In this document: piece by piece, positions 28,059 through 36,214 of the stretch
Position numbering within the stretch: position 1 is the stretch's first letter
Layout of the letters: every line of letters begins with the position of its first letter
Source of the DNA: a virus
Lineage: Duplodnaviria; Heunggongvirae; Uroviricota; Caudoviricetes
Direction: 5' to 3' (one strand)
Length of the DNA: 36,214 bases
Virus record (IMG/VR): IMGVR_UViG_2541047804_000005
Translations under genes and position numbers: made by a program
Notes under the pieces: generated by a model
Seen by the model: the letters and a program-made list of their open reading frames with translations, nothing else
Told to the model about the DNA's origin: nothing
The model's database searches: none

Positions 28059-29024
28059 TTATCCTCTGAAACCAGGCGGAATTTCTGTATCCGGTTCAGA
28101 AATATGATTAACACAACGCTGTACAGGTGAACGCCCCAGGCGGATGACCAGTTCGTCCCATTTTTCGCGGAGCTTTGACGGGCTCATGATGTTTTTTACC
28201 CAGAATGGATCCCGCTGTACCCGACCAAACATTTCACAAATTTGTCTGTGGCTTCTGCCATCCAGCATCCGCATTGTGCGCACATCATTGGCCCAGACAG
28301 TCCAGTTAGGCTCTTTTGGTCGCATGATCTCGCCATCATCACTGGCGGCCTGTTCGTAGAGACCCACGATCCGCCCCCATATCCACTGCGCACACGCCAG
28401 ATCCTCCTGGCTACCCCACTGGCGTTTTTTCGCACTAAACACAACTGCGCCAGGGTGCCGGATTAAAAAATCCTGTTCAGCCGTCTGCGGGTCCGGTTGC
28501 GAAGCTTCCGGACGAAAAGTGTTTTTATTCTCTGTAGTAATCTCTGTTGTATTCTCTGTAGGATCATCGGGCCATTTTGACCCGATGACATTGGGTCGTT
28601 TTGAACCAATGGAGCGTTTCATTTTGACCTCTTCCATCGTGTCATTTTGACCTGATGGAGCGGCGCATTTTGAACCGATGGATTCGCTCAATTTGCCATC
28701 ATCTAAAAGCTCGCTTCCATAGTTAATCGTGTAGAAATTGGTCATATCGCGCTTTGATTTATTGAGCTTTTCACAACGCAAAAGCCCCAGCGTTTTCAGA
28801 CTTGCAAACGCGCGCTTTAACGTTGACTCTGACCAGAATGGGAACTGTTCCAGCCATTGTTCCGTTGTGTTGTAAATCCAGCGAACACCATCACATTCCA
28901 TGCCGGAATTGGTATCTCTCAACCAGTAATGCAACTGCTGCAACACAATGGCTTCATTTAAGCCAATCTTCATCGCAAGCTGTGTGTTTATAACCAGTGG
29001 GCGTTCAGCAAAAAGAAGGCTCAT
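28059..29024 (-). CDS. Replication initiator protein (lambda O-like) with embedded origin iterons
   Basis: ATG at 29022-29024 (MSLLFAERPL...); N-terminal winged-helix-like region, central repetitive segment (SIGSK, RSIGSKRPNVIGSK) encoded by DNA iterons, distinct C-terminal domain. The track start at 29078 is a TTG. Confidence 0.7.
   Translation of the reverse strand: MSLLFAERPLVINTQLAMKIGLNEAIVLQQLHYWLRDTNSGMECDGVRWIYNTTEQWLEQFPFWSESTLKRAFASLKTLGLLRCEKLNKSKRDMTNFYTINYGSELLDDGKLSESIGSKCAAPSGQNDTMEEVKMKRSIGSKRPNVIGSKWPDDPTENTTEITTENKNTFRPEASQPDPQTAEQDFLIRHPGAVVFSAKKRQWGSQEDLACAQWIWGRIVGLYEQAASDDGEIMRPKEPNWTVWANDVRTMRMLDGRSHRQICEMFGRVQRDPFWVKNIMSPSKLREKWDELVIRLGRSPVQRCVNHISEPDTEIPPGFRG
28527..28704. 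repeat. Origin of replication iteron array (ori) inside the initiator gene
   Basis: Five to six direct repeats of consensus CATTTTGAMCYGATGG at 28573, 28597, 28620, 28643, 28666 (degenerate copy at 28689), spaced 23-24 bp, adjoined by ATTCTCTGTAG repeats at 28527 and 28551 and an AT-richer stretch. Confidence 0.65.
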
Positions 29025-29526
29025 AATTCCATCCAGCTTTTTGTTGGTATTGCTGTCGATACGCAAGTTTGAAAGCAATTGCTTTTTCTATAAGTTCGTC
29101 AGTTTCACGATCCACTACGGCAGGATCAGCAAAAAGCAGTCCGGACTCCACCACATCGCCATATTCTTTGTTTAACCCGGCGATCATGTACGTGATGCTT
29201 TTTCCGTCACTAATTTCACGATACAACCTGAAATCATTAATCCGGATAGCCTCCATAATTGCAGGCACTAGCGCCGTGAACTTTTCACGCTTATCCCTGG
29301 TGTCGATAGCCTTCCAGCGTTCGAATATCTTCACTCGATTAACGCCAAGCGCTCGCTGATCAACCGCGCCACCTTCATCTGTGACACGCTGAACATCGAT
29401 GTTCGGGCGCTCTTTCAAAGCCCAGAATGCTTCAGTGATTAATATCGTCGCCTGCTCCTGTGTCATTCCTGGTCGACATATCCAGGCATCCAGAGCCTCA
29501 CGAGCCTGTTCAGGAGTGATTTTCAT
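29005..29526 (-). CDS. Hypothetical early protein between the Cro-like gene and the replication initiator (173 aa)
   Basis: ORF in the position of cII/YdaT-type genes; no motif recognised with confidence. Confidence 0.4.
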   Translation of the reverse strand: MKITPEQAREALDAWICRPGMTQEQATILITEAFWALKERPNIDVQRVTDEGGAVDQRALGVNRVKIFERWKAIDTRDKREKFTALVPAIMEAIRINDFRLYREISDGKSITYMIAGLNKEYGDVVESGLLFADPAVVDRETDELIEKAIAFKLAYRQQYQQKAGWNYEPSFC

Positions 29527-29737
29527 TGTTCAACCGCCCCGCCCGCTTCGTCTTACGATATTCGTCATAAACCTTGGGATCATACAGAAGCTCGCCGCCA
29601 GATGCCTCCTGTAGACGCATCGCGCGACCTTCAGGAACCAGCTCTTGCCATTGAGAAACAGCAGATGGGTCAACGCCAGCAGCTTTCGCTACTTTGGCTT
29701 TCGTACCGTAAAAATTAATTACGTCTGATTTAAACAT
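29510..29737 (-). CDS. dicC: Cro-like regulator, DicC-like
   Basis: 75 aa from ATG 29735-29737 (MFKSDVINFYGTKAKVAKAAGVDPSAVSQW...YDPKVYDEYRK...NENHS) with GGAGGT ribosome binding site; divergent from the repressor gene. Confidence 0.7.
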   Translation of the reverse strand: MFKSDVINFYGTKAKVAKAAGVDPSAVSQWQELVPEGRAMRLQEASGGELLYDPKVYDEYRKTKRAGRLNNENHS

Positions 29738-29750
29738 CGCACCTCCAGTA

Positions 29751-29764
29751 TTGAGTTTTCTCAA
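29751..29764. promoter_or_regulatory. Candidate operator in the dicC-dicA intergenic region
   Basis: TTGAG-TTTT-CTCAA inverted half-sites, with further CTCAAG half-site-like repeats at 29774-29797, in the 77-bp divergent promoter region. Confidence 0.45.
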
Positions 29765-29814
29765 TGCTAATCACTCAAGGAATCTCAAGTCAAGGGTTAT
29801 TAAGATATCTAAAT

Positions 29815-30222
29815 ATGAACGAGAAAACTTTAGGTCAACGCATTAGAGAAAGACGTAAGCAGGTAGGTTTAAGTCAAAACGGTTTAAGCAAAGCTGCTGG
29901 CGTATCTGGCTCATCAATTTCATTATGGGAAAGTGACCATACAGCCCCGCGCGGGCAAAATTTGCATCGCCTCGCCGAGGTATTGCAATGTTCACCAACC
30001 TGGATACTGTTTGGCGACGAGGACAAAACACCAGCTCCCCCTGTTTCACTCGATAGTGCCTTAGACTTATCGGAAGATGAGTTAGAGATGCTGCGTTTGT
30101 ATCGCGCACTTCCTAAATCAGAGCAACAAGCACAACTCAGCGAACTCCGCGCCCGCGTTGAGAATTTTAATCGCCTGTTCACCGAGCTATTAGAGGCTCG
30201 CAAACGCAACAAGCATCAATAA
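29815..30222 (+). CDS. dicA: Prophage repressor, DicA-like (HTH-XRE, no peptidase domain)
   Basis: 135 aa from ATG 29815; HTH LGQRIRERRKQVGLSQNGLSKAAGVSGSSISLWE and conserved LQCSPTWILFGDEDK; closely resembles DicA as remembered. Confidence 0.8.
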   Translation: MNEKTLGQRIRERRKQVGLSQNGLSKAAGVSGSSISLWESDHTAPRGQNLHRLAEVLQCSPTWILFGDEDKTPAPPVSLDSALDLSEDELEMLRLYRALPKSEQQAQLSELRARVENFNRLFTELLEARKRNKHQ

Positions 30223-30286
30223 TCATCCCTTCACAAAATTTTAAAGCCTTACATTTCAATGTATTGGCTTTATCTTGCGCCAATAC

Positions 30287-30338
30287 TTGAGTTTTCTCAT
30301 CAAAAAGCCTTGACGAAAAATAATGAGAAAACTAAATT
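30287..30338 (+). promoter_or_regulatory. Candidate dicB-operon promoter flanked by inverted operator copies
   Basis: TTGACG (30310-30315)-N17-TAAATT (30333-30338); TTGAGTTTTCTCA at 30287-30299 and its reverse complement TGAGAAAACT at 30324-30333 bracket the -35 element. Confidence 0.45.
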
Positions 30339-30414
30339 ACCTCCATCAACACACCGCACGGTGTTCTCAGCAAACAGTTCCGCTACCCCGGCGTTAAGGG
30401 GAAATGAGGTCAGC

Positions 30415-30570
30415 ATGGATACTATCGATCTTGGCAACAACGAATCTCTGGTGTACGGCGTGTTTCCAAACCAGGACGGCACGTTCACCGCAATGACGTA
30501 TACCAAAAGCAAAACGTTTAAAACCGAAAATGGTGCCCGTCGCTGGCTGGAAAGAAACTCAGGTGAGTGA
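30415..30570 (+). CDS. ydfA: YdfA-like small protein (51 aa)
   Basis: ATG 30415 with GAGGT upstream; MDTIDLGNNESLVYGVFPNQDGTFTAMTYTKSKTFKTENGARRWLERNSGE; first gene after the repressor as in Qin. Confidence 0.55.
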   Translation: MDTIDLGNNESLVYGVFPNQDGTFTAMTYTKSKTFKTENGARRWLERNSGE

Positions 30571-30571
30571 T

Positions 30572-31147
30572 ATGGATTTCGACACAATCATGGAAAAGGC
30601 TTACGAAGAATACTTCGAAGGCCTTGCCGAAGGCGAAGAAGCTCTCAGCTTCAGTGAGTTTAAACAGGCACTCAGAATAAGAATGCGCTCTCACAATGAC
30701 GCGGAGCACAAATATGAGAAGCAAAATCAGACCGCAGAAAATTTTGTTCTGGAACCCGGAGAAACGCTTTTCAAAATTCCCGTTACGTGCCCCATTTGCG
30801 GTTTTACATCAGAAGAACTTGACGACTCCTGTAACAATCAGGAAACAACCAAGTATGTCGAAGATGATACCGAGTGCGCACGAAGAACGATTATATCCAC
30901 GAGTCCAAACTCCAGGACCAATAAATCTCACTTTGAGAGGGTGATTAATCCACTCCCCCAAACCAATAAAAAAGATGCCGGAGGACAAAAAAACCAATGG
31001 AACAACGGGATATCTGTCAAAAAAAGACGTTCCATTAAAGACAAACAACGCAGCGCCAACAACTGTAAGCGCTTTATACCAGTAATCAATTTTCATGTTC
31101 TTAAGCGGATTTATTGGTGGTTGCGACATTGCTTAATGAATCCTTAA
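30572..31147 (+). CDS. Hypothetical protein in the ydfB/ydfC position (191 aa, zinc-ribbon CPICGF, basic low-complexity C-terminus)
   Basis: ATG 30572 two nt after the ydfA stop; the C-terminal half is unusually basic and overlaps an alternative-frame ORF (30696-30944), so the true gene structure is uncertain. Confidence 0.35.
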   Translation: MDFDTIMEKAYEEYFEGLAEGEEALSFSEFKQALRIRMRSHNDAEHKYEKQNQTAENFVLEPGETLFKIPVTCPICGFTSEELDDSCNNQETTKYVEDDTECARRTIISTSPNSRTNKSHFERVINPLPQTNKKDAGGQKNQWNNGISVKKRRSIKDKQRSANNCKRFIPVINFHVLKRIYWWLRHCLMNP

Positions 31148-31406
31148 AACTGTGGTGATTTTAAGGATACCACCTCGCCTGACGTGGTTAAAAGCAGGCA
31201 CACAACACGAAAGCGCACGGCGAAGTTCGTCTCACTGTACGGTGTCGTCAAATTTAATTCGACCGTGCGCTTCCGGTTGTGGCAACCCGCGAAATGGCGC
31301 GGCGGTAAGTATGGCGGGGTTATTCCTTCCCCGTTGAGGACACCGAGTTGTCAGGTTGACCATACGCTTAAGCGACAACCCCGCTGCAACGCCCTCTGTT
31401 ATCAAT

Positions 31407-31459
31407 TTTCTGGTGACGTTTGGCGGTATCAGTTTTACTCCGTGACTGCTCTGCCGCCG
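31407..31459 (+). ncRNA. dicF: DicF small RNA
   Basis: TTTCTGGTGACGTTTGGCGGTATCAGTTTTACTCCGTGACTGCTCTGCCGCC followed by GTTTTT matches DicF as remembered, including the GGCGG...CCGCC terminator stem; located just upstream of dicB. Confidence 0.75.
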
Positions 31460-31633
31460 TTTTTAAAGTGAATTTTGTGATGCGGTGAATGCGGCTAAGC
31501 GCACGCGGAACAGTTAAAACCAAAAACAGTGTTATGGGTGGATTCTCTGTATCCGGCGTTAATTGTTAACTGGTTAACGTCACCTGGAGGCACCAGGCAC
31601 TGCATCACAAAATTCATTGTTGAGGACGCGATA

Positions 31634-31822
31634 ATGAAAACGTTATTACCAAACGTTAATACGTCTGAAGGTTGTTTTGAAATTGGTGTCACTATCAGTA
31701 ACCCTGTATTTACTGAAGATGCCATTAACAAGAGAAAACAAGAACGGGAGCTATTAAATAAAATATGCATTGTTTCAATGCTGGCTCGTTTACGTCTGAT
31801 GCCAAAAGGATGTGCACAATGA
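31634..31822 (+). CDS. dicB: Cell division inhibitor DicB
   Basis: 62-aa ORF MKTLLPNVNTSEGCFEIGVTISNPVFTEDAINKRKQERELLNKICIVSMLARLRLMPKGCAQ, matching DicB as remembered. Confidence 0.8.
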   Translation: MKTLLPNVNTSEGCFEIGVTISNPVFTEDAINKRKQERELLNKICIVSMLARLRLMPKGCAQ

Positions 31823-32010
31823 ATTCAGCATTTGCGCTTGTTCTGACAGTTTTTCTTGTTTCCGGAGAGCCAGTTGATATTGCAGTCAGTGTTCACAGGA
31901 CAATGCAGGAGTGTATGACTGCAGCAACCGAACAGAAAATTCCCGGTAACTGTTACCCGGTCGATAAAGTTATTCACCAGTATAATATCGAAATCCCGGC
32001 AGGTCTTTAA
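31819..32010 (+). CDS. ydfD: YdfD-like small membrane protein
   Basis: 63-aa ORF from ATG 31819, overlapping the dicB stop (ATGA); N-terminal hydrophobic segment FALVLTVFLV. Confidence 0.55.
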   Translation: MNSAFALVLTVFLVSGEPVDIAVSVHRTMQECMTAATEQKIPGNCYPVDKVIHQYNIEIPAGL

Positions 32011-32103
32011 AACAGTTCCGTAATAAATATCCGGTTTCATTCTTATATGCCAGCAATGGCAGGGATTTGTTCATCCTTAAATCTGTCATGAGGTTAAAAC
32101 AAA

Positions 32104-34575
32104 ATGAGTAAAGTCTTTATTTGCGCCGCTATTCCTGACGAACTGGCAACAAGGGAAGAAGGCGCTGTGGCTGTAGCCACAGCCATTGAAGCTGGCGACG
32201 AACGCCGTGCTCGAGCAAAATTTCACTGGCAATTCCTGGAACATTATCCGGCTGCTCAGGACTGCGCTTATAAATTTATTGTCTGCGAGGATAAACCTGG
32301 CATACCCCGCCCTGCCCTCGATTCATGGGATGCTGAATATATGCAGGAAAACCGCTGGGATGAGGAGTCTGCTTCTTTTGTCCCGGTTGAGACTGAATCC
32401 GATCCGATGAACGTCACTTTTGACAAGCTGGCCCCTGAAGTACAGAACGCTGTCATGGTTAAGTTCGACACATGTGAAAACATCACCGTTGATATGGTTA
32501 TTAGCGCACAGGAATTGTTGCAGGAAGACATGGCAACATTCGACGGACATATCGTTGAAGCGTTGATGAAAATGCCAGAAGTTAACGCCATGTATCCGGA
32601 GCTTAAGTTGCACGCCATTGGGTGGGTTAAGCATAAATGTATTCCTGGTGCTAAATGGCCCGAAATTCAGGCAGAGATGCGCATCTGGAAAAAACGTCGC
32701 GAAGGTGAACGCAAGGAAACCGGAAAATACACGTCTGTTGTTGATCTCGCCCGCGCCAGAGCCAATCAACAGTACACTGAAAATTCAACAGGAAAAATCA
32801 GCCCGGTCATTGCTGCCATTCATCGCGAATACAAGCAGACATGGAAAACACTGGATGACGAACTGGCCTACGCTCTCTGGCCTGGTGATGTGGATGCCGG
32901 AAACATTGACGGCAGCATCCATCGCTGGGCAAAAAATGAAGTTATCGATAACGACCGCGAAGACTGGAAGCGTATCTCGGCATCAATGCGCAAACAGCCT
33001 GATGCCCTTCGCTACGACCGCCAAACTATTTTTGGCCTTGTCCGTGAACGTCCGATCGACATTCACAAAGATCCCGTAGCACTGAACAAATATATCTGCG
33101 AATACCTGACGACAAAGGGCGTGTTTGAGAATGAAGAAACAGACCTGGGCACTGTTGATGTTCTCCAGTCATCAGAAACACAAACTGATGCAGTGGAAAC
33201 TGAGGTATCTGATATCCCAAAAAATGAAACCGCGCCGGAAGCTGAACCATCTGTAGAGCGTGAGGGGCCGTTCTATTTCCTCTTCGCAGATAAGGACGGA
33301 GAAAAATACGGTCGCGCAAACAAACTTTCTGGTCTGGATAAGGCACTGGCTGCTGGCGCCACTGAAATCACAAAAGAAGAATATTTTGCCCGAAAAAATG
33401 GCACATACACGGGCTTACCGCAAAATGTAGATACCGCTGAAGATTCAGAACAACCAGAGCCGATAAAAGTTACCGCTGACGAAGTAAACAAAATTATGCA
33501 GGCAGCCAATATCATCCAGCCTGACGCCGATAAGTTGCTTGCTGCATCACGTGGTGAATTTGTTGAAGGGATTAGTGACCCGAATGATCCGAAATGGGTT
33601 AAGGGGATCCAGACCCGCGATTCTGTGAACCAGAACCAGCATGAATCGGAACGGAACTACCAAAAAGCGGAACAAAACAGCCCAAATGCGTTACAAAACG
33701 AGCCAGAAACGAAACAGCCTGAATCAGTGGCGCAACAGGAAGTGGAAAAAGTCTGCACCGCCTGCGGTCAGACCGGCGGCGGCAACTGCCCTGATTGTGG
33801 CGCGGTAATGGGCGACGCAACATACCAGGAAACATTCGATGAAGAGTATCAGGTTGAAGTTCAGGAAGATGATCCGGAGAAAATGGAAGGCGCTGAACAT
33901 CCACACAAGGAGAACACTGGCGGCAATCAGCATCACGATAGCGATAATGAAACTGGCGAGACGGCAGATCACTCAATTAAGGTGAACGGTCATCACGAAA
34001 TCACATCCACCAGCAGGACGTGTGACCATCTAATGATCGACCTTGAAACCATGGGAAAAAATCCTGATGCCCCGATCATCTCAATAGGTGCAATATTTTT
34101 CGATCCGCAAACCGGAGATATGGGACCGGAATTTATTAAGACTATCGATCTGGAAACTGCTGGCGGAGTCATTGATCGGGACACCATTAAATGGTGGTTT
34201 AAGCAATCACGCGAAGCGCAATCTGCCATTATGACCGATGAAATCCCGTTAGATGATGCACTGTTACAATTGCGGGAATTTATCGACGAAAACTCCGGTG
34301 AATTTTTTGTTCAGGTCTGGGGAAATGGAGCCAACTTCGACAACACGATTTTGCGCCGTTCATACGAACGGCAGGGGATCCCCTGCCCGTGGCGTTACTA
34401 CAACGATCGCGATGTACGCACAATCGTTGAGCTGGGGAAAGCCATAGACTTCGATGCCAGAACGGCTATTCAATTCGAAGGTGAGCGCCATAATGCACTT
34501 GATGACGCCCGTTACCAGGCAAAATACGTTTCAGTTATCTGGCAAAAACTGATCCCGAGTCAGGCTGATTCTTAA
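32104..34575 (+). CDS. Large early protein with C-terminal DEDDh 3'-5' exonuclease domain
   Basis: 823-aa ORF with GAGG ribosome binding site; C-terminal region has DnaQ-like motifs (MIDLETMG; WGNGANFDNTIL; HNALDDARY), preceded by an acidic linker and a CTACG...CPDCG zinc ribbon; sits next to xis-int. Confidence 0.6.
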   Translation: MSKVFICAAIPDELATREEGAVAVATAIEAGDERRARAKFHWQFLEHYPAAQDCAYKFIVCEDKPGIPRPALDSWDAEYMQENRWDEESASFVPVETESDPMNVTFDKLAPEVQNAVMVKFDTCENITVDMVISAQELLQEDMATFDGHIVEALMKMPEVNAMYPELKLHAIGWVKHKCIPGAKWPEIQAEMRIWKKRREGERKETGKYTSVVDLARARANQQYTENSTGKISPVIAAIHREYKQTWKTLDDELAYALWPGDVDAGNIDGSIHRWAKNEVIDNDREDWKRISASMRKQPDALRYDRQTIFGLVRERPIDIHKDPVALNKYICEYLTTKGVFENEETDLGTVDVLQSSETQTDAVETEVSDIPKNETAPEAEPSVEREGPFYFLFADKDGEKYGRANKLSGLDKALAAGATEITKEEYFARKNGTYTGLPQNVDTAEDSEQPEPIKVTADEVNKIMQAANIIQPDADKLLAASRGEFVEGISDPNDPKWVKGIQTRDSVNQNQHESERNYQKAEQNSPNALQNEPETKQPESVAQQEVEKVCTACGQTGGGNCPDCGAVMGDATYQETFDEEYQVEVQEDDPEKMEGAEHPHKENTGGNQHHDSDNETGETADHSIKVNGHHEITSTSRTCDHLMIDLETMGKNPDAPIISIGAIFFDPQTGDMGPEFIKTIDLETAGGVIDRDTIKWWFKQSREAQSAIMTDEIPLDDALLQLREFIDENSGEFFVQVWGNGANFDNTILRRSYERQGIPCPWRYYNDRDVRTIVELGKAIDFDARTAIQFEGERHNALDDARYQAKYVSVIWQKLIPSQADS

Positions 34576-34647
34576 TGTTCAACTGTCGCCGGTTGTGACT
34601 GGTATTCTGCAACCGGCGCTCGTCTAATATAAGAGATAAAGAAATCG

Positions 34648-34899
34648 ATGAGCGAAGTAATCATGATTGTCTCTCCCGGCAAATGGGTATCCGAAGAGCA
34701 GTTAATTGCGCTGAAAGGAATAAAAAAAGGTACGTTAAAAAAGGCCCGGGAAAAATCGTTTATGGAAGGAAGGGAATATAAGCATGTCGCTCATGACGGT
34801 ATGCCATGGGATAACAGTCCATGCTTTTACAACCTGGAAGAAATTGATCGCTGGATTGAGCGCCAGGCATCAGCAAGACCAAGACGTCATCTTACTTGA
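34648..34899 (+). CDS. Putative excisionase / small DNA-binding protein
   Basis: 83-aa ORF immediately upstream of the integrase; assigned by position and size. Confidence 0.5.
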   Translation: MSEVIMIVSPGKWVSEEQLIALKGIKKGTLKKAREKSFMEGREYKHVAHDGMPWDNSPCFYNLEEIDRWIERQASARPRRHLT

Positions 34900-34918
34900 C
34901 TAAAAGCCACACTAACTA

Positions 34919-36214
34919 ATGAGAGAAGTTGAAATGAAATATCCGACAGGCGTGGAAAACCATGGAGGGAAATTACGTATCTGGTTTGTTTATAAAGGCG
35001 TAAGAGTCAGGGAAAACCTGGGGGTTCCTGACACAGCAAAAAACAGGCGCGTTGCAGGTGAGCTACGCGCCTCTGTTTGTTACGCAATAAAAACTGGTGT
35101 TTTCGACTATGCAAAACAGTTTCCCTCCTCACGCAATCTGGAAAAATTTGGTGAGGCCCGACAAGATTTAACCATAAAAGAACTGGCTGAAAAATTTCTG
35201 GCACTGAAAGAAACTGAAGTCGCAAAAACATCACTCAACACATACCGTGCCGTCATCAAAAATATCCTGAGCATAATCGGTGAAAAAAATCTTGCCTCAT
35301 CGATTAATAAAGAAAAATTACTGGAGGTTCGTAAAGAGCTACTGACTGGATACCAGATCCCCAAAAGTAACTATATTGTTACACAACCAGGGAGATCGGC
35401 TGTAACTGTAAATAATTACATGACAAATCTTAACGCCGTGTTCCAGTTTGGTGTTGATAACGGTTACCTGGTAGATAACCCGTTTAAGGGGATCTCGCCA
35501 TTAAAGGAATCAAGAACCATTCCGGATCCTCTTTCGCGGGAGGAATTCATCCGTCTTATCGATGCGTGCAGAAATCAGCAAGCCAAAAATTTATGGTGTG
35601 TTTCTGTTTATACTGGCGTTCGCCCTGGTGAGCTGTGTGCACTTGGATGGGAGGACATAGATCTGAAAAATGGAACAATGATGATCAGGAGAAATTTAGC
35701 AAAAGACCGTTTCACGGTACCAAAAACACAGGCGGGAACCAATCGGGTCATTCATCTTATTAAGCCAGCAATCGACGCTCTCCGGAGTCAGATGACATTA
35801 ACGAGACTGAGCAAAGAGCATATCATTGATGTTCACCTCAGAGAGTATGGCAGAACAGAAAAACAAAAATGCACCTTTGTTTTTCAACCTGAAGTGTCAG
35901 CGAGAGTAAAAAATTATGGTGACCATTTTACCGTTGACTCAATAAGGCAGATGTGGGACGCAGCGATAAAACGTGCCGGACTCCGCCATCGAAAATCATA
36001 TCAGTCGAGACATACTTATGCCTGCTGGTCGCTGACAGCTGGTGCTAACCCGGCATTTATAGCAAACCAGATGGGCCATGCAGATGCGCAAATGGTATTT
36101 CAGGTATACGGAAAATGGATGTCTGAAAACAATAATGCACAGGTAGCTTTGTTAAATACACAGTTAAGCGAGTTTGCCCCAACCATGCCCCATAACGAAG
36201 CAATGAAAAATTAA
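34919..36214 (+). CDS. Tyrosine site-specific integrase
   Basis: 431-aa ORF ending at the window edge; N-terminal arm-binding-like region, C-terminal catalytic region with conserved Arg in YTGVRPGE and an HTYA box. Start could be the Met at 34934. Confidence 0.85.
   Translation: MREVEMKYPTGVENHGGKLRIWFVYKGVRVRENLGVPDTAKNRRVAGELRASVCYAIKTGVFDYAKQFPSSRNLEKFGEARQDLTIKELAEKFLALKETEVAKTSLNTYRAVIKNILSIIGEKNLASSINKEKLLEVRKELLTGYQIPKSNYIVTQPGRSAVTVNNYMTNLNAVFQFGVDNGYLVDNPFKGISPLKESRTIPDPLSREEFIRLIDACRNQQAKNLWCVSVYTGVRPGELCALGWEDIDLKNGTMMIRRNLAKDRFTVPKTQAGTNRVIHLIKPAIDALRSQMTLTRLSKEHIIDVHLREYGRTEKQKCTFVFQPEVSARVKNYGDHFTVDSIRQMWDAAIKRAGLRHRKSYQSRHTYACWSLTAGANPAFIANQMGHADAQMVFQVYGKWMSENNNAQVALLNTQLSEFAPTMPHNEAMKN

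Noticed and set aside
29764-29764. Track starts for dicC (29764) and dicA (29764) meeting at the same base
   Set aside because: Both are upstream extensions; internal ATGs with good ribosome binding sites at 29737 (dicC) and 29815 (dicA) give proteins of the expected size and leave a 77-bp operator region.
34584-34618. Inverted repeat CGCCGGTTG...CAACCGGCG between the exonuclease-domain gene and xis
   Set aside because: Could be a terminator or regulatory hairpin but lacks a U-tract and I cannot tie it to a known site; attP/attL core is expected beyond the integrase, outside the window.

Overview
This window is almost an entire lambdoid prophage of the E. coli/Shigella type, closely resembling the Qin cryptic prophage of K-12 but with intact structural and replication modules. 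All calls rest on reading the ORF translations and DNA motifs against remembered protein families; no database search was run. Layout, left to right: (1) lambda-like tail genes on the minus strand (I, K, L, M, tape measure H, G/G-T frameshift pair, V, U, Z); (2) an HK97-style head module (ClpP-type protease fused to the major capsid protein, portal, gpW-like connector, large and small terminase), ending at a lambda-like cos site near 15.03-15.05 kb; (3) a cargo and lysis region (DUF1398 gene, gnsB-like, cspI-like, Rz/embedded Rz1, SAR endolysin, S21-type pinholin, ydfK-like, cspB-like, cspF-like); (4) Q antiterminator with a candidate pR'/tR' pair; (5) a DUF968 gene split by an IS1 with a 9-bp target duplication; (6) a hok/mok/sok-type toxin locus; (7) an orphan 595-aa plus-strand gene with a C-terminal HEPN-like Rx4HxY motif, the best candidate for an undescribed defence function; (8) an O-like replication initiator with embedded ori iterons; (9) dicC/dicA immunity switch, ydfA, DicF sRNA, dicB, ydfD; (10) an 823-aa protein with a DEDDh exonuclease domain, excisionase and tyrosine integrase at the window end. 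No tRNA, rRNA or CRISPR array was seen.
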